From the NCBI GenBank assembly GCA_051294905.1, contig CM119372.1, forward strand, positions 39,248,001 through 39,312,000: DNA of 64,000 nt, written 5' to 3'. Below are positions 1 through 12,911 of the stretch, in pieces (the first letter of the stretch is position 1; each line of letters begins with the position of its first letter). Source of the stretch: Botryllus schlosseri (taxonomy: Eukaryota). The position numbers and the translations under genes are program-made. The notes beneath the pieces were generated by a model. That model did not search any database. It was not told the origin of the DNA and saw only the letters and a program-made list of their open reading frames with translations.

Positions 1-1633
1 ATTTCAAGTTGAATACATCTGCCCTACAATACTGCACCTAATGTTGATGTAAGAAAACATTCGAGAAATTTGAGGGGCTTGGCCCCTTTTGACACCTTCC
101 GGCTACTCATATGTCGTCATATTCAGCCTACACCCTAAAATACGTTTCAGTAAAAGGCTTGCCGTGTTAAACTTTTTTTACTGTTGTCTAAAACATTTGA
201 ATAATTCGGTGTTTTTATTTTGCTCCTTATGATAAATTGTGTAATTCGGATGATCAAAATCACATGGCGTTTCAAATTGCAGCAACAAAAGTTTACGGTT
301 TTTGTATTGACATGGATATCTCATTATGAATGAGTTGAGACCCAAGTTATGAATGATTTACACCTAACTGCGAATAGAGGACGAATCTACAATGCGTTCA
401 TGAACCGCTTTTTCACGTACCGCACTGAAAGTTGGAGTTATAATTTAAAGTCCCAATTGTGATCCGAACTAATTCATCTTTGTTTTTATTTTCGTGGATG
501 TTTAGCAACGGGAACGTTTCAAAATACGTTGGCCGCGAGTGTGAGGGATATTGCTGCAACTATAAAATATTTATCAATATTTTTATCACGTTTCACGATG
601 CCTTCGTGGGCCGCACAAAATGTTGTCACGGGCCGCATTTTAGCCCCCCGCCCCCATGTGCAAGACCGATGGTTTCCATACTTCCTGACTCAACACTCCT
701 TATTACGATCATCATATATTTATCACTTCCTCCGAAGTCAATATGTCAGGTTTTATCAACCCATTTGAAACCAAGAGCTGTTTCTTGTGTATATAATAAT
801 GAGAAGGGCTACCAGTTACTCCAGCCGTTTACCAGTCCGTTGTTGAATTTCTCAGTTTTGACATTCGGAGTCATCTCTTTTGTTAGGGAGCAGAAACCCC
901 ACCTATAGTCCTCTGAATGTCAGGACAAAGAAATTCAACATCGCACATGTAGATGACAGGAGAACTGGTATTTATTATGTAATATCAAAAACAAATTCGC
1001 CTAAACTTTCTCTCCGAAGTGCATCCGTGGTTGTGAGTATGTCCATTCTGATGGCTACCCCAGGAAATTGATACATTGTCTACAAAAAATGCAGAACAAA
1101 TTTGACTCAATTCCATCCGGTAGTAGCAAATTTATTTGAGTTTCACTTTGAGAATTCTGGGATTACGCACCGTAAAAGCTGTTTTTTTCCATATCCAAAA
1201 TATCCAACTGCAATAACTTTGCATCTACCTGTTGGAATTGAGTCAAGTTTGTTTGGCATCGTTTTTGTAGCCAACGCATCAATTTCATGGGATGGCGAGA
1301 ATGGACATATTACTCACAACCACGGTTACCCTCCGGAGAAGAAGTTTAGGTGAACAAGAATATCTCATAATATGGATAGCAGACATGGGGTAATCGCGAT
1401 TAGTAATCGTAATCGATTACGACGATTACAGCATTTTCAAGTAATCGTAATCGCAATCGATTACATTCGAAAAAAATCCAAAGTAATCGTAATCGTAATC
1501 GACTATTTCACATATCTAATCGATTTCTTCGTGAAAAAACGATTACTTTTTATTCGTACAAAGACTATGACATGAACAGAACAGTGAGTATTCTGGAACA
1601 ATGAAGAGTCCGATAATACGCCATACTCATACG

Positions 1634-2942
1634 CAGGGTTGCCATACCGTCCTTATTTCTAAGATTTGTCCTTATTTTGAAGGGCCACGTCTTAGAAAAC
1701 TCAACTGTCCTTATTTTAAAGAAATGTCTTTATTTTTGACTTGCGTCCTTATTTTGTCTTATTTTCAACAACTATAGAAGTTCGACCGTTCTCCTCTGGT
1801 ATCTGTGTTGCATAATATTCATAAATTTGCGTAGAGATTTTATGACATCATAAAGTAAAGGAACTATCGTGACGTACACACCATAAGATTTGACTTCTAA
1901 GTGGTGAGATAGCTCGGGCCGTGAGTGGTTTCGTCTGTAGCAAGCTACCACGGCGGACGTCATTTTAGCAGTAAACAGCAGTACCAGGTTCCTGCTGTTT
2001 GGTCTACAGCAGAATAAGCTCAAGCTGTGGGGAAGGCAGCATCTATTGCGTAGTGAAAAAAGGCGCAGTGCAGTTTGGTTGTTTGTTTTGGGTATTCATG
2101 GTGGTTGTCGACTACTATGGTCATTTACATCAGGCCGATATTCTTCTTATTTTTCGTAACTGCCGACTAATAGCGCGGCCCACCTCTAGGCTTTTGTAAG
2201 ACACCGCTGACGCGGATGAGGTGGCGAGGAGGAGCCTAGGTAAACCTCCAACACTTAGGTATCGGAATTCCGAAGTCGACCTCGGTCGGACTCGAACCCG
2301 CACCCATTGGTGTTGCAGCCGGGTATTATACCACTGCGCTATCTCGTCACGGCGCAGCGCAGTCGACACATTGGTAAAGAGTAGTAAAGCTATTAGTCAT
2401 TGATAAATTGTTCTAAATTATATCGCTCTTGCGCACATAGTTTTAGCTACTAATAAGGCTAAATTTGATTAGTTAAATGAGCAGGCGTAAAAACGTTTTT
2501 CGTGAATATTATTAGAGATAATTCAAAGGTATCTCTAACGAAGTTTTAAGGGCAAGTGTTTCGAACATTGCAATATCTGCAATTGTGACATTAACCTGGA
2601 GGCCATAGGAAAGACCGCTTTCTAAACTCACATTGATACCCCAAAACACAAGAAGTGTGTCATAATGATTAATTAGAGCCAGTCGATGATTAGTTTTTCT
2701 ACAAGTCAAGAGCACCAACGTGTAGGGCTGACGAAGAGCTGTTTCGGCCCTGAGTAAAGGTAAACCTCGACCTGAACTGTCGTGAGCACTTTTTAATAAC
2801 AAGGAGTTGCAGCAGCAGATTGTTTCTGGCGAGAAGTATGGAATGTGATATACCACGGCAAAGTATGTTCAAAAACGCTTTTTTATGCTAATATCATTTT
2901 TCGACTGTCCTTATTTTTGGGTCTGTGTCGATGGCAACCCTG
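1634..2942. mobile_element. hAT-type non-autonomous element nested in 1380-4786
   Basis: TIR CAGGGTTGCCAT...ATGGCAACCCTG; TSD CTCATACG (1626-1633, 2943-2950); CCTTATTTT subterminal repeats. Confidence 0.88.
2170..2348 (-). mobile_element. tRNA-derived SINE (tRNA-Cys-like head)
   Basis: Minus strand has an A box TAGCGCAGTGG, a B box GGTTCGAGTCC and a GCA anticodon-like loop, but an imperfect acceptor stem and a non-tRNA tail; degraded second copy at ~40150-40293; 3' end approximate. Confidence 0.7.
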
Positions 2943-5617
2943 CTCATACGTCTGATATTCAGATGCTACTTCCCATTATTATGTCACAAGTAGCCTATTC
3001 GCTTTGCTTGTCATTGCGTAACGTATTGCCCACGCGTAGTAAATAGATACTGTATTCGATGTACAATTTGTACATGTGTTTGAGTGATTGTAAGAACATC
3101 CGCCATGCCTCATATCAGGTTATCAATGCAGTAGGATAAAAATCACAACTTCGCCTAGCTTCAAATAGTAACGTATGTATTGATGTTTGGTTACGCTTAG
3201 TTATAAAGCAGTTTGACTCTTGCTGCTTGACGAGCGTCGAGCAGTATAGGCCTATTGACGTACATCGGACGGAGATTTGAAATTTTGTACTCATCAAATT
3301 GAACATGACGGCAACAACATCAAAGAATTGAATATATACGGCTTAATATCGATATCTTTATTGTAGGCCGAATTTTATGTTCAATTTGTCTTATTCTCAT
3401 GGCCCTACTTGAAACGGGGACCAATCGTTACGTCGCTATTCTTTACTGAACATTTGGATCGGCAACCATAGCCATCCACATATACACCATGCTAGCGTGG
3501 GTTAAAGCTAAAATCAGGACCGAAACAGCACTTCGTACCCAAAACATTAGTCTCGCCGCCAGGATGATCAGTCAAAATTCTGGCTTACCAAGTTCATCTG
3601 TTCCCTTCTTTTATGACCGGGCTTTTAGCCACAACTGGATGACATGTTTTGATGCGATGTAGCATGTAGATTCGCTGTGCATTTTCTTTCAATTCGCGCC
3701 AAGTGCAAAAAATATTTCAAGTTCATGACCAAATTTCGTGTATAATATTGGGAATTCCATACATTACTATTCATTTTTGATCCTCTCTCAGCCCCGTGGT
3801 CAGATATACCGGTCGAGCTGGGAGAGGTGGTGTTAACGAAAAGTTAGGGTATGCAATTCATAATTATAATATCTTCTGGCGGGCCCAATTCCTGACCACC
3901 CGTCTGTTATAGTCAAAAGTTATTGGATTCACCCAAACGTAGCCGACTAAAGTAAACTAAAGAAAATCTTTCGTGAGACGCACACATAAATTGTCATTTT
4001 TTACGGGTGAATTTTTATCCGAGATGTCCTGGTGACACTTGTATTGTGGGGCTCAGATTGACAGGACAGGGTTATTCGTCGCGCCCCATCCATCGTGGTT
4101 ATGGACAATGGACACATACGCATAGTTTCGGCCAAGGTCTCTTTTTGGTAGCGCGCTGAAACTGAATATGTCCCGGTGTATCGTGGCGCGGTAATGGCCG
4201 GCACCGAAATGCCTAGTTCTATAAAGTATGCATATTTTTTCTTGAGGGGGAGAGGTATGCATTCCAAAATCGAGATATTTAGCGACATTAAATCGCGAAG
4301 TGCGAAGATTTTTTTTTTCAAAATTATCAACTATCTCGAAAATACTCTATAATTTAGGTTAATTTAGGAAATAATTCTGTGTCCCCTTCGAGCTCGCCCT
4401 TGGCCCCCTAATCTTGGAAGGTTTGCTTACGGCCCGAGTTAGAATGCAGATCTTTTGATGCAAGAAATCATTAGCTGTATAGTTGAGCAGTGGGAATATT
4501 ATGACGTAAACAAAGATGACATGATGACGTCGCATTTAAAAATAAAGTTGTTTTCTGATGAGGCCTTTACATCAAAATCGTTATATTGTCTTCCAATATG
4601 TGTTTAAATAAAATTTTAAGAAGCAAAATAAATGTAATCGTGAGTAATCGTGATTCCTTTTCCAATGTAATCGTAGTCGTAATCGACTACTTCCTGATTT
4701 TGCTGTAATCGTAATCGTAATCGCGATATCCAGAAATAATCGTAATCGCAATCGATTACATTCATGAAGTAATCATCCCATGTCTGATGGATAGTATTAG
4801 GGATTATTTGGGGTTTCGGATTACTAACAAGTCTATTTTCGTTTGTAGCGCTAGGTAGAACAATAACTAATGCTCCTCTAAATATGATCATCATGAGCTT
4901 GTGCTTTTCGGACATAGTGTCAGCCCTTGCCTTATCGTTCATAGTATGACAAATACTGTTCTAGGCTGCTCAAAGATAATACTCGTGGAATATTGCGATC
5001 GGCAAAGCTATGATCCCGATGCTTTCAATACTGTGATTACAATCCAGCTGGTATTAGGATTGTCAGTTTGGCGATTGTATGCCATTCTCTATCGTCAAAG
5101 GCGCTCAGCTTCATGTCATTGAGACGTGCAAATCAGATTGCAGTATTCTCGTGGATTTTGACGTCGGTACTATTTTTCTCTACAGGCTTATTACTCGAAT
5201 ATTGTAGGGTTACCATATTTTGGAAATCTGAAAAGAGGACAATTTTTCAGAATTTTCAGACTTTCAAAACTGGTGGAAAATCCTGAAAAAATGGTCAATG
5301 TTTCCCACTTCGTTGTCGGTTGACTACTAAAAAAGGTCAATTCTCTCGCTCAGCGTCCAAATTACAGTTTTTCTGTTCTCATTTTCAAGTGGTTGACTTA
5401 AAAAAAGGTCATCTCCGGCTCAGCTCTCAAAATACCCACCTGAGCGTTACTTCGGTGCTGATTTACGGCATCTCAGATGATTTTGGCCGTAAATTTGACC
5501 TAAATTCTCAAAAGAAGACAAAATCTCAAAAAAGAGGACAAGAGGGCGTCCTCCGAGGACGCTTTCAAAAAAGTCAAAAAAGAGGACAAATCCTCTTAAA
5601 ACAGGACGTATGGTAAC

Positions 5618-8236
5618 CAATGTTCCCTCTAAGCTGCGCACGTGCGCAAATGCGCAGTGCTGAGACGGTCTCTGCGCACACAAAATCTAAGCTGCGCACA
5701 AAAAATCTGCAGTGATGACTTATTTTTTAGTCGCTGCGCACCGTTCTCTAAGGGACCGAGCAAGCGCGCAGACTCGTGTAAAATTAGAGGGAACATTGTC
5801 AGGGGCAAATAGTGTTATCGCAGAAGTCTGAAACCGAGGTACAAGTGCGGCCCGTAAAGGTAAATATTGCGCTCTGTGAAGAAATGATAATTTGCAATGA
5901 CGTGCGCCTCACGAAAGAGATTTTTCTTTTAGTATATGGTCTCGTACGCGTGAGCGATACTGATATCATTTCTATAGCGCAATCTTTTCTGGGAATGGCG
6001 AATTAACATGGTTTAACAAAGTGACAAATAACAATGGACTAGCTCGAAGTTAATCATCGAGAAACTAGCGAATAGTATTCTCCGCGTGGCATATACATTG
6101 CACAATATTTACGGTACAATTACATGCCGTGAATTTTCGAAGTCATCACTTACATCAGGCAAATCTGATCACGCATGGTGACATAGGATAATATGCAGAA
6201 TATGCTAGTAGAAGCATCAATATTGTTGAAAAAATCCATCCCCTTGCATACGTTGATCGGGAAATGCTTCAACTGCGCACTGTAGGGCGTTGAATTACAT
6301 CAGCTTCTCAGCAGCATAAATTTTGATTTTATTCGATTCGTTTGAACGGGAATCTTCTGTCGATAAGGTCATACGAAATATTATTTTTCTTGTTTCAGTC
6401 AGACTTGAATATTCGTATCACAATGTTGGGATGACTCGAGTCAACTTTTTCGTATGACTTGACTTGACTCGAGTCACTTTGCAAAAATAACTTGACTTAA
6501 TTCGGCGCTTCAGAATTGCGGATTGACTCGTGACTCGGAGCAAAATTTATGAGTCAATTTCAAAGTCATCAATAAGTAAACTGTGTAATCCCTGTATCAT
6601 GTGTGTATTCGGATTATATTAGCGATACGCCGGTGACACTTGTGAGAGCAACCAGTCATTCACATATTGAACGTTTCACCGTTCCTCCATTGTTACATCT
6701 CAAATATATTGGCCGCAAACGAAATGATCACAGCTTACGTTCCCGTAGTAGTAAGTAGATTAATTTAATAGCAACGAATTTCTGTTGTTTCTTAGACGGC
6801 TCAGTGCTTACATTGCGCAGTGCTCACCTTTACCAACCAGCTTGTATGATTTAAATAGAATGAATATAGTTCATGAATTTATATTCTCACGGATGTATAG
6901 CTGGGTAGTGTATTTTACCATATCAATTTGTTTGAACTTATCGAGGCTTCGTATTCGAATCTCTATTTTGGCTGATAATAACATTAATAACAGACTGTAT
7001 TAGCATGTAACTATACAGTTACTCACGTATTTTATTAGTAGTTCTACGTGTGTGTGTGCCTTTGCGATACAATGCAATTTTGCATGTATATTTACCTTTA
7101 TATTCTTTATTTGATTCAAGATAAATGGCTGATTAATCTGTCTTTCACACAGCTGGCAAAATGTTGTGACTTTGAATCGTCACTCTTACTTCGAAAATTC
7201 AATTTGACTTGAATTATGACTTGACTCGTGACTTGACTTGACTTGACTCGACTTGACTCGAGTCACCTCCGAAAATCGAGTGACTTGACTTGAGTCGAGT
7301 CACCTTCGAAAATCGATTGACTTGACTTGACTCGAGTCAAAATCTGCAATGACCCTACATGACTCGCGACTCGAAGGTCGTAACTTGATCACAACACATG
7401 ACTGTTTGTCTTGATACTAATGAGTGCATTGCCGGCATTAAGACGTCCCACCAGTGTTTTATTGCGGTAGGCCTACTTCGATCGCGTGTAAAGTATTGAT
7501 TTGAAGTGCGTTCTCGTGTGTGTATGTCTACTAGTAATCTATATGTCACCATTGCACGGATTTATTGTGACGTCACAGATGGTCGCACAAAATTACGAAT
7601 CGCCGTCTATAGTACTTGCGGTTACAAGCGTCCATTTGTGTCACTACAAGTGTTGGCTAGCTGCTTGCCTGTGTGGCCAACGTTGAGTGAATACTTGCTA
7701 ATTCTGCTTGTCACTATTTATCATGATCGCGTTTAATGATGGCAAAACGAATGGGTAGTTTCTTATGCTCATCCTTTCACCTAGTCAAATTAACAAAGAA
7801 TTGCGATCCGTTTAACATGGAATGGTTGTCGGAGCATGTGAAAACGTAAGACAAAACTAGATACGCCCGAAGACGTTTAACTATTATTTTGGGGTCCTAC
7901 CTTTTCCAACACACCTGACTCGATCAGCTCTACCAGAAAATCTGATAACGTGAGCAGAGAGAGCATAAAAATTAATAGCAATATACCGACTCAATCATAA
8001 ATGATAGAGTTTTTTCGCGCATCGCGCGATCAGACGTCACATCCACTGAACTGATACCTTATATAGATGATAAGCAGCCTAAAAGACCGCACGGACCAGG
8101 GGGGGTCTGGGGGCCGAAGTCCCCCAGAAGTTTGATTTATCACCACATGGCGGCCTATTAGCGCACTGTTGTCCAAGGGCCTGCGCAGTGAGTTGGCGTG
8201 TTTGCGCAGACTCGTGAAAAATTAGAGGGAACATTG
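5618..8236. mobile_element. Composite insertion bounded by CAATGTTCCCTCT MITE ends
   Basis: TSD ATGGTAAC (5610-5617, 8237-8244) flanks a full MITE (5618-5798), ~2.4 kb of cargo and a second right end (~8160-8236). Confidence 0.8.
6421..7398 (+). mobile_element. hAT-type MITE, GACTC/GACTT-repeat family
   Basis: Colinear with 40795-41769 and, inverted, with 9622-12519; no TSD recognised. Confidence 0.8.
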
Positions 8237-9873
8237 ATGGTAACCTTAGAATATTGTCTAATCGTCCATTATTCCTGAAGTTACGATTTGCTTTTTCACG
8301 AAGTAGATTAAGTGGAACGCACACCTTATCTATGTTATAGTTGTCGTGGTGATGAATTTAACCCTGATCACGGCGATTAAGATTAGATTCGCCTTGCTTC
8401 GACGGAAAATGAAAAGGCTGGAACTTACAAAGAACAACAATTTTCGAGACGAAGAAGGCGTTGTGTCAACTCAGTCTGATTACGGCATCCTTTGTAATCG
8501 AATATGCACCCAAGTTCATCTACTAACAGGGAATCACGATCTTCGAGACGAATAGAAACAAGAGTTGTGCCAACTCTGATTGCGGTATCCTTTGTAAACT
8601 GATATGTATACCCAAGGTTGTCTATTGCATTTTGAGTTTAGTTGGTTTTAAAAGTCATCGTTACCTTAATGCAATAATAATCTTAATCTTATATTTGCTA
8701 TCGCATGGATTACTGAATTTAACAGTCTATCAGTTCGATCATATGCAATCTCAGCTCTGAGGAATTGCGATCATCGATGAGGTATGTACTCCTGTACATA
8801 TTCTGCATGTGCTCAAAATGTTGTAGGCTAAGTCTTGAGTACCGAAAAAGGACGAAGCTGCGAGTGACATTGGAGGACAATTTGATGACACTGCCGTCTG
8901 AATTGGCGATGAAATAACGCATAAACTCTGTACATAACTAATTTTCACATCCATCATCCATTTTCAAATTACTGAAGTACTTTTCCTCTACTTGCAGTAC
9001 TTACTCAAGCAAATCCATTTTCCGTTACTGCTAGTTCCACCTCCTCATCTTGTGTGACTTATTTTTGGCCATTTACTGTTTGTCAAGTATAAGTATTACT
9101 TACTTTCAATAGAAGGGAGAGAGAGAGGAAGGGAGACCAAGACGCAGAAATTCCGAGTCCAGAATTTTCACTATGCTTCACGCGAAATATATACGGAGTG
9201 ATGAATATATTACCACGGAAGCATCGGACAATACCGGCTGCCTGGTTTATTTATGCAGTTTCGGGCCCCATATAGTCGCACATATGTAGTTAGATTCGTA
9301 ACGGTGCATAGAGCTCTGAGACATGGTTGGAATTATACGATATATCATATTTCAGTCACATTCCTCATCGGGTTAAGCGGTAATGTAGATTGTAGTATTC
9401 CTTACAACTTTTCCGCATAGTCCATCATCGTCTTATTAGCTATACTGGCTTGGTAATACGCTATATCGCAACATTGTCTGAGCGGGGTTGAATTCTGCGT
9501 CGCTAAAGTTCTACTTCTACTACTCGAGTAGCCTTCCTGATTAATTTGTCCAATTCTGTTGACTACCTGAAGACTTCTGTTATATTCCATCCTTTCATTT
9601 CAACCTTGTTCGTGTGTACAACAGTGTTGGGATCAAGTCACTACCTTCGAGTCACGGGTCATCTCGAGTCGTTGCACATTTTGATTCGAGTCAAGTCAAG
9701 TCAAGTCATGTCGAGTCACGAGTCAAGTCACAATTCAAGTCAAATTGAATTCTCGACGTCTCAGGGACGATTCAAGGTCATTACATTTTGCTAGCTGCGA
9801 GAAAGACGGAATAATTTGCAATTTATCTTGCATCAAATAACGAATATAAAGTTTAATGTGCATGCATGAAGAT

Positions 9874-11486
9874 TAGGGTTGTCCAAAATTTGGAAAATCT
9901 TAAAAATACCCCGTGATTGTGTCTCATTCCATAGATTATTGATAAAAAATAACAATGAGCCCAAAAGAAGCTCACGGGAACGCCGTTAAGATTTCGGCCA
10001 AAGCGTTTTAAAGTAGCTGCCCAAGAATGGGCGTGCCACCGACCATAGAACGGCGAGAAGACTAGTAATCAAATAACCACGGCTCCTGATTGGCTAATTG
10101 GCTATGCTTCAATGATCACCACAGCAACAACTTGCTGATTATGTGCTCAAGGAGTCTGCTACCGGTGGGGATTCTGAAATCGCGTTGTTGGTAGGTTGGC
10201 AGATGATGATTTAAGATTAATTCAGGACATGTTAAGGTACGAAATACATGATGAACAATCAACAGCTGCTTCACAAAAATTCCTACAGCATGACTGCTTT
10301 ATTGGAAGGAAACGGCTGTAGCCTACATGCCGTGTTTTCACCGAGGGAAAGCAAAGGCGCTTATGCAAGCGGTAAACGAATTCTCCGTTTGGAAAGGATC
10401 CATCATCAGTGAACACAAATATAAAGCTTATCAATGACACGATACCGTAATTTGTGTGATCTTATTAGGCTCAAGCTGTAATATATAGGTGACGTTTTGA
10501 ATGATATTGGAATCGGCTGAATCAGCGGGTTATGCTTGACACTCATCAGATGCTTACAGTAAATTGAATTCACCTGTAAGTGTTGCTAAAGTCCCTAATG
10601 ATAACGCACACTCGCACAGGCTATGCCCAATGTGGTATGTCAAAGTCCCTATTGATCCCGCAGAAAATAGGTGTAAAGATAATCACAGACTATACTGCAT
10701 AGTATCCAGCATAGTTTGGACATGATATCCAGCATTGTGCTTACTTTACACCTCTTTTCTGCAGCATCATTAAGGACTTTGACAACACTTACATGTGAAT
10801 TCAATTTGCTGTAAGTATAACTGCCAAGCACAACCGGCTGATTCAGTCAATCCCTAGAGCATTCAAAATATCAAATATATACTACAACTTGAGTCCAATA
10901 AGCTCACACAAAGTATAGTGTCATGGTCAAGCTCTATATTTGTATTCACTGATGATGGATCCCTTCTGAAACGGGGAATTCGTTCACTACTTGCATAGGC
11001 GTCTTTGCTTTCCCTCGATGAAAACACGGCATGTAGGCTACAGCCGTTTCCTTCACAGCAAAGCAGTCATGCTGTAGAAGTTTATGTGAAGCAGCTGTTG
11101 ATTGTTCATCATGTCTTTCGTACCTTAACATGTCCTGAATTAATCCTAAATCATCATCTGCCAACCTACCAACGACGCGATTTCAGAATCCCCACCGGCA
11201 GCAGACTCCTTGAGCACATAATCAGCAAGTTGTTGCTATGGTGATCATTGAAGCATAGCCAATTAGCCAATCAGGAGCCGTGGTTATATGATTACTAGTC
11301 TTCTCGCCGTTCTATGGTCGGTGGCACGCCCATTCTTGGGCAGCTACTTTAAAACGCTTTGGCCGAAATCTTAACGGCGTTCCCGTGAGCTTCTTTTGGG
11401 CTCATTGTTATTTTTTATCAATAATCTATGGAATGAGACACAATCACGGGGTATTTTTAAGATTTTCCAAATTTTGGACAACCCTA
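9874..11486. mobile_element. Fold-back (near-palindromic) hAT-like element
   Basis: TAGGGTTGTCC termini; TSD ATGAAGAT (9866-9873, 11487-11494); inverted arms of >700 bp with the centre near 10710. Confidence 0.92.
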
Positions 11487-11565
11487 ATGAAGATGTTGTG
11501 CCTATCACGCACACGTAGAACCTCAAATAAAATACGCGACTAACTGTATAGCTATGCTACAGTCT

Positions 11566-11960
11566 CCTCCGCTATGCACTCGGCATTCACTATCCGGAGC
11601 ATATATCCACGAACGCATTGCGAGAACTCACAGGAACGGTCCCATGCCGTCTACTGGCAGTTGAACGACGCTTCCGCCTAACCGGCCATCTAGTGCGGCA
11701 TCAAGACGAGCAACCAGCCGCCGCCATCATCAATCACATTCCCACGGGGCCATGGTGCAGAGGTGGCTGGAATCGTAGAACATGGCGCTCGACAATGGAG
11801 GCTGATCTAGCGCAACGCGGGCTGTCGCTTGAAGACGCCCACGACCGCCTACGTTGGAGACGCTTAACACGAGCCCAAAACTGATTATCTCGATGTTCTT
11901 TTGTCTCCTGTTTTCTTTGGCCCTTTTTTATTTTATCTAATTGAAAAGTCGATATATATA
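11566..11960 (+). mobile_element. 5'-truncated RTE-like non-LTR retrotransposon, 3' end
   Basis: ORF 11618-11884 (RRFRLTGHLVRH...PTGPWCRGGWNRRTWRSTMEADL...AHDRLRWR) resembles the RTE ORF C-terminus; (AT)n tail; TSD TACAGTCT (11558-11565, 11961-11968). Confidence 0.8.
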
Positions 11961-12719
11961 TACAGTCTGTTATTATCAGCCAATAGGATCGAATACGAAG
12001 CCTCGAGAAGTTGTATCAAATTGATAAGGTACAATACACTACCATTTACACATCCGTGAGAAAATAAACGCATCAACTATATTCGCTAGATTCAAATCTT
12101 ACATGAGGGTTGGTAAAGGTGATCACTGGGCAATGTTAGTACTGAGCCGTCTAAGGAACATAGATAGCTTACGTTGCTATTTTATTATTATTATCATTAT
12201 TCTACTGCTACTACTGCTACTACGACAATGTAATCTGTGATCATTTCGTTTGTGGTCAATGTATTTGTGATGCAATAATAGAGGATCTTTTAAACGTACA
12301 TTCCGTGAATGCCTGGTTACTATCACAAGTGACACAGGCGTATCGCGAACAATACGAACATACACAAAATACAGTGATTTAATAGATACCGTCTACTTGA
12401 TGACTTGAAATTGACTCGTAAATTTTGCTCCGAGTCACGAGTCAATCCGTATTTTTGAAACCCCGAGTAAAGTCAAGTCAAGTCATACGAAAAAGTTGAC
12501 TCGAGTCATCCCAACACTGGTGTACAATGAGCGAAACCACCTTTTGTTGGGGTTCCCTTGCGGTTAGTACCTGGTTCTTTGACTTCGGAAGCGTTGAGTT
12601 TAACAGATTGCGAAGCACTTCATTATGATATCATCATAAACTATTCATATCTTCATGTTAAATGTATTGTTTATTTAAAACTATCAGAGGATTCACTAAA
12701 TTTGATATATAGTCGTCAC

Positions 12720-12911
12720 CAATGTTCCATCTAAGCTCCGCACGTGCGCAAATGCGCAGTGCTGACACGGTCTCTGCGCACAGAAAATATAAGTTGCGCA
12801 CAAGATATCCGAAGTGATGACCTTTTTTAGTCGTTACGGACTGTTTTCCAAGGGTCTGCGCAGTGAGTTGTTGAGTGTGCGCAGACTCGGCAAAAATTAG
12901 AGTGAACATTG
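12720..12911 (+). mobile_element. Short MITE, CAATGTTCCCTCT family
   Basis: Similar to 5618-5798; near-TSD GTCGTCAC/GTCATCAC. Confidence 0.85.

Larger units (their letters stand above)
1380..4786. mobile_element. Non-autonomous hAT-type DNA transposon with GTAATC subterminal repeats, inserted in GPCR TM1
   Basis: TIR CAGACATGGG...CCCATGTCTG; perfect 8-bp TSD ATGGATAG (1372-1379, 4787-4794); GTAATC arrays at both ends. Confidence 0.9.
5205..8248. mobile_element. hAT-type MITE (TAGGGTTACCATA TIR) whose right TIR is split by a later insertion
   Basis: TSD GAATATTG (5197-5204, 8249-8256); body 5205-5617; right TIR completed at 8245-8248; related to 16195-16547. Confidence 0.85.
1292..8917 (+). 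pseudogene. Class-A GPCR pseudogene, paralogue of 26355-27383, in three pieces (1292-1379, 4795-5204, 8257-8917)
   Basis: With the TSD-bounded insertions removed, it reads MARMDILLTTT...GEQEYLIIWI|VLGIIWGFGLLTSLFSFVALGRT...MIIMSLCFSDIVSALA...IQLVLGLSVWRLYAI...RRANQIAVFSWILTS|...ICFF...VVMNL...LRRKMKR...CQLSLITASFVIEYAPKF...YLLSHGLLN...SSEELRSSMR. This is colinear with the intact receptor and carries many stops and frameshifts. Confidence 0.9.
9622..12519 (-). mobile_element. hAT-type MITE, GACTC/GACTT-repeat family, hosting two later insertions
   Basis: TIR CAGTGTTGGGAT...ATCCCAACACTG; TSD GTGTACAA (9614-9621, 12520-12527). Confidence 0.9.

Noticed and set aside
459..1071. 149-aa and neighbouring short ORFs
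   Set aside because: No recognisable motifs, partly overlapping a GGCCGC MITE fragment; most 60-120 aa ORFs in the track are likewise chance ORFs in repeats
2277..2348. Functional tRNA-Cys gene
   Set aside because: Acceptor and D stems pair poorly, and it continues into a tail shared with a second decayed copy, so a SINE is more likely
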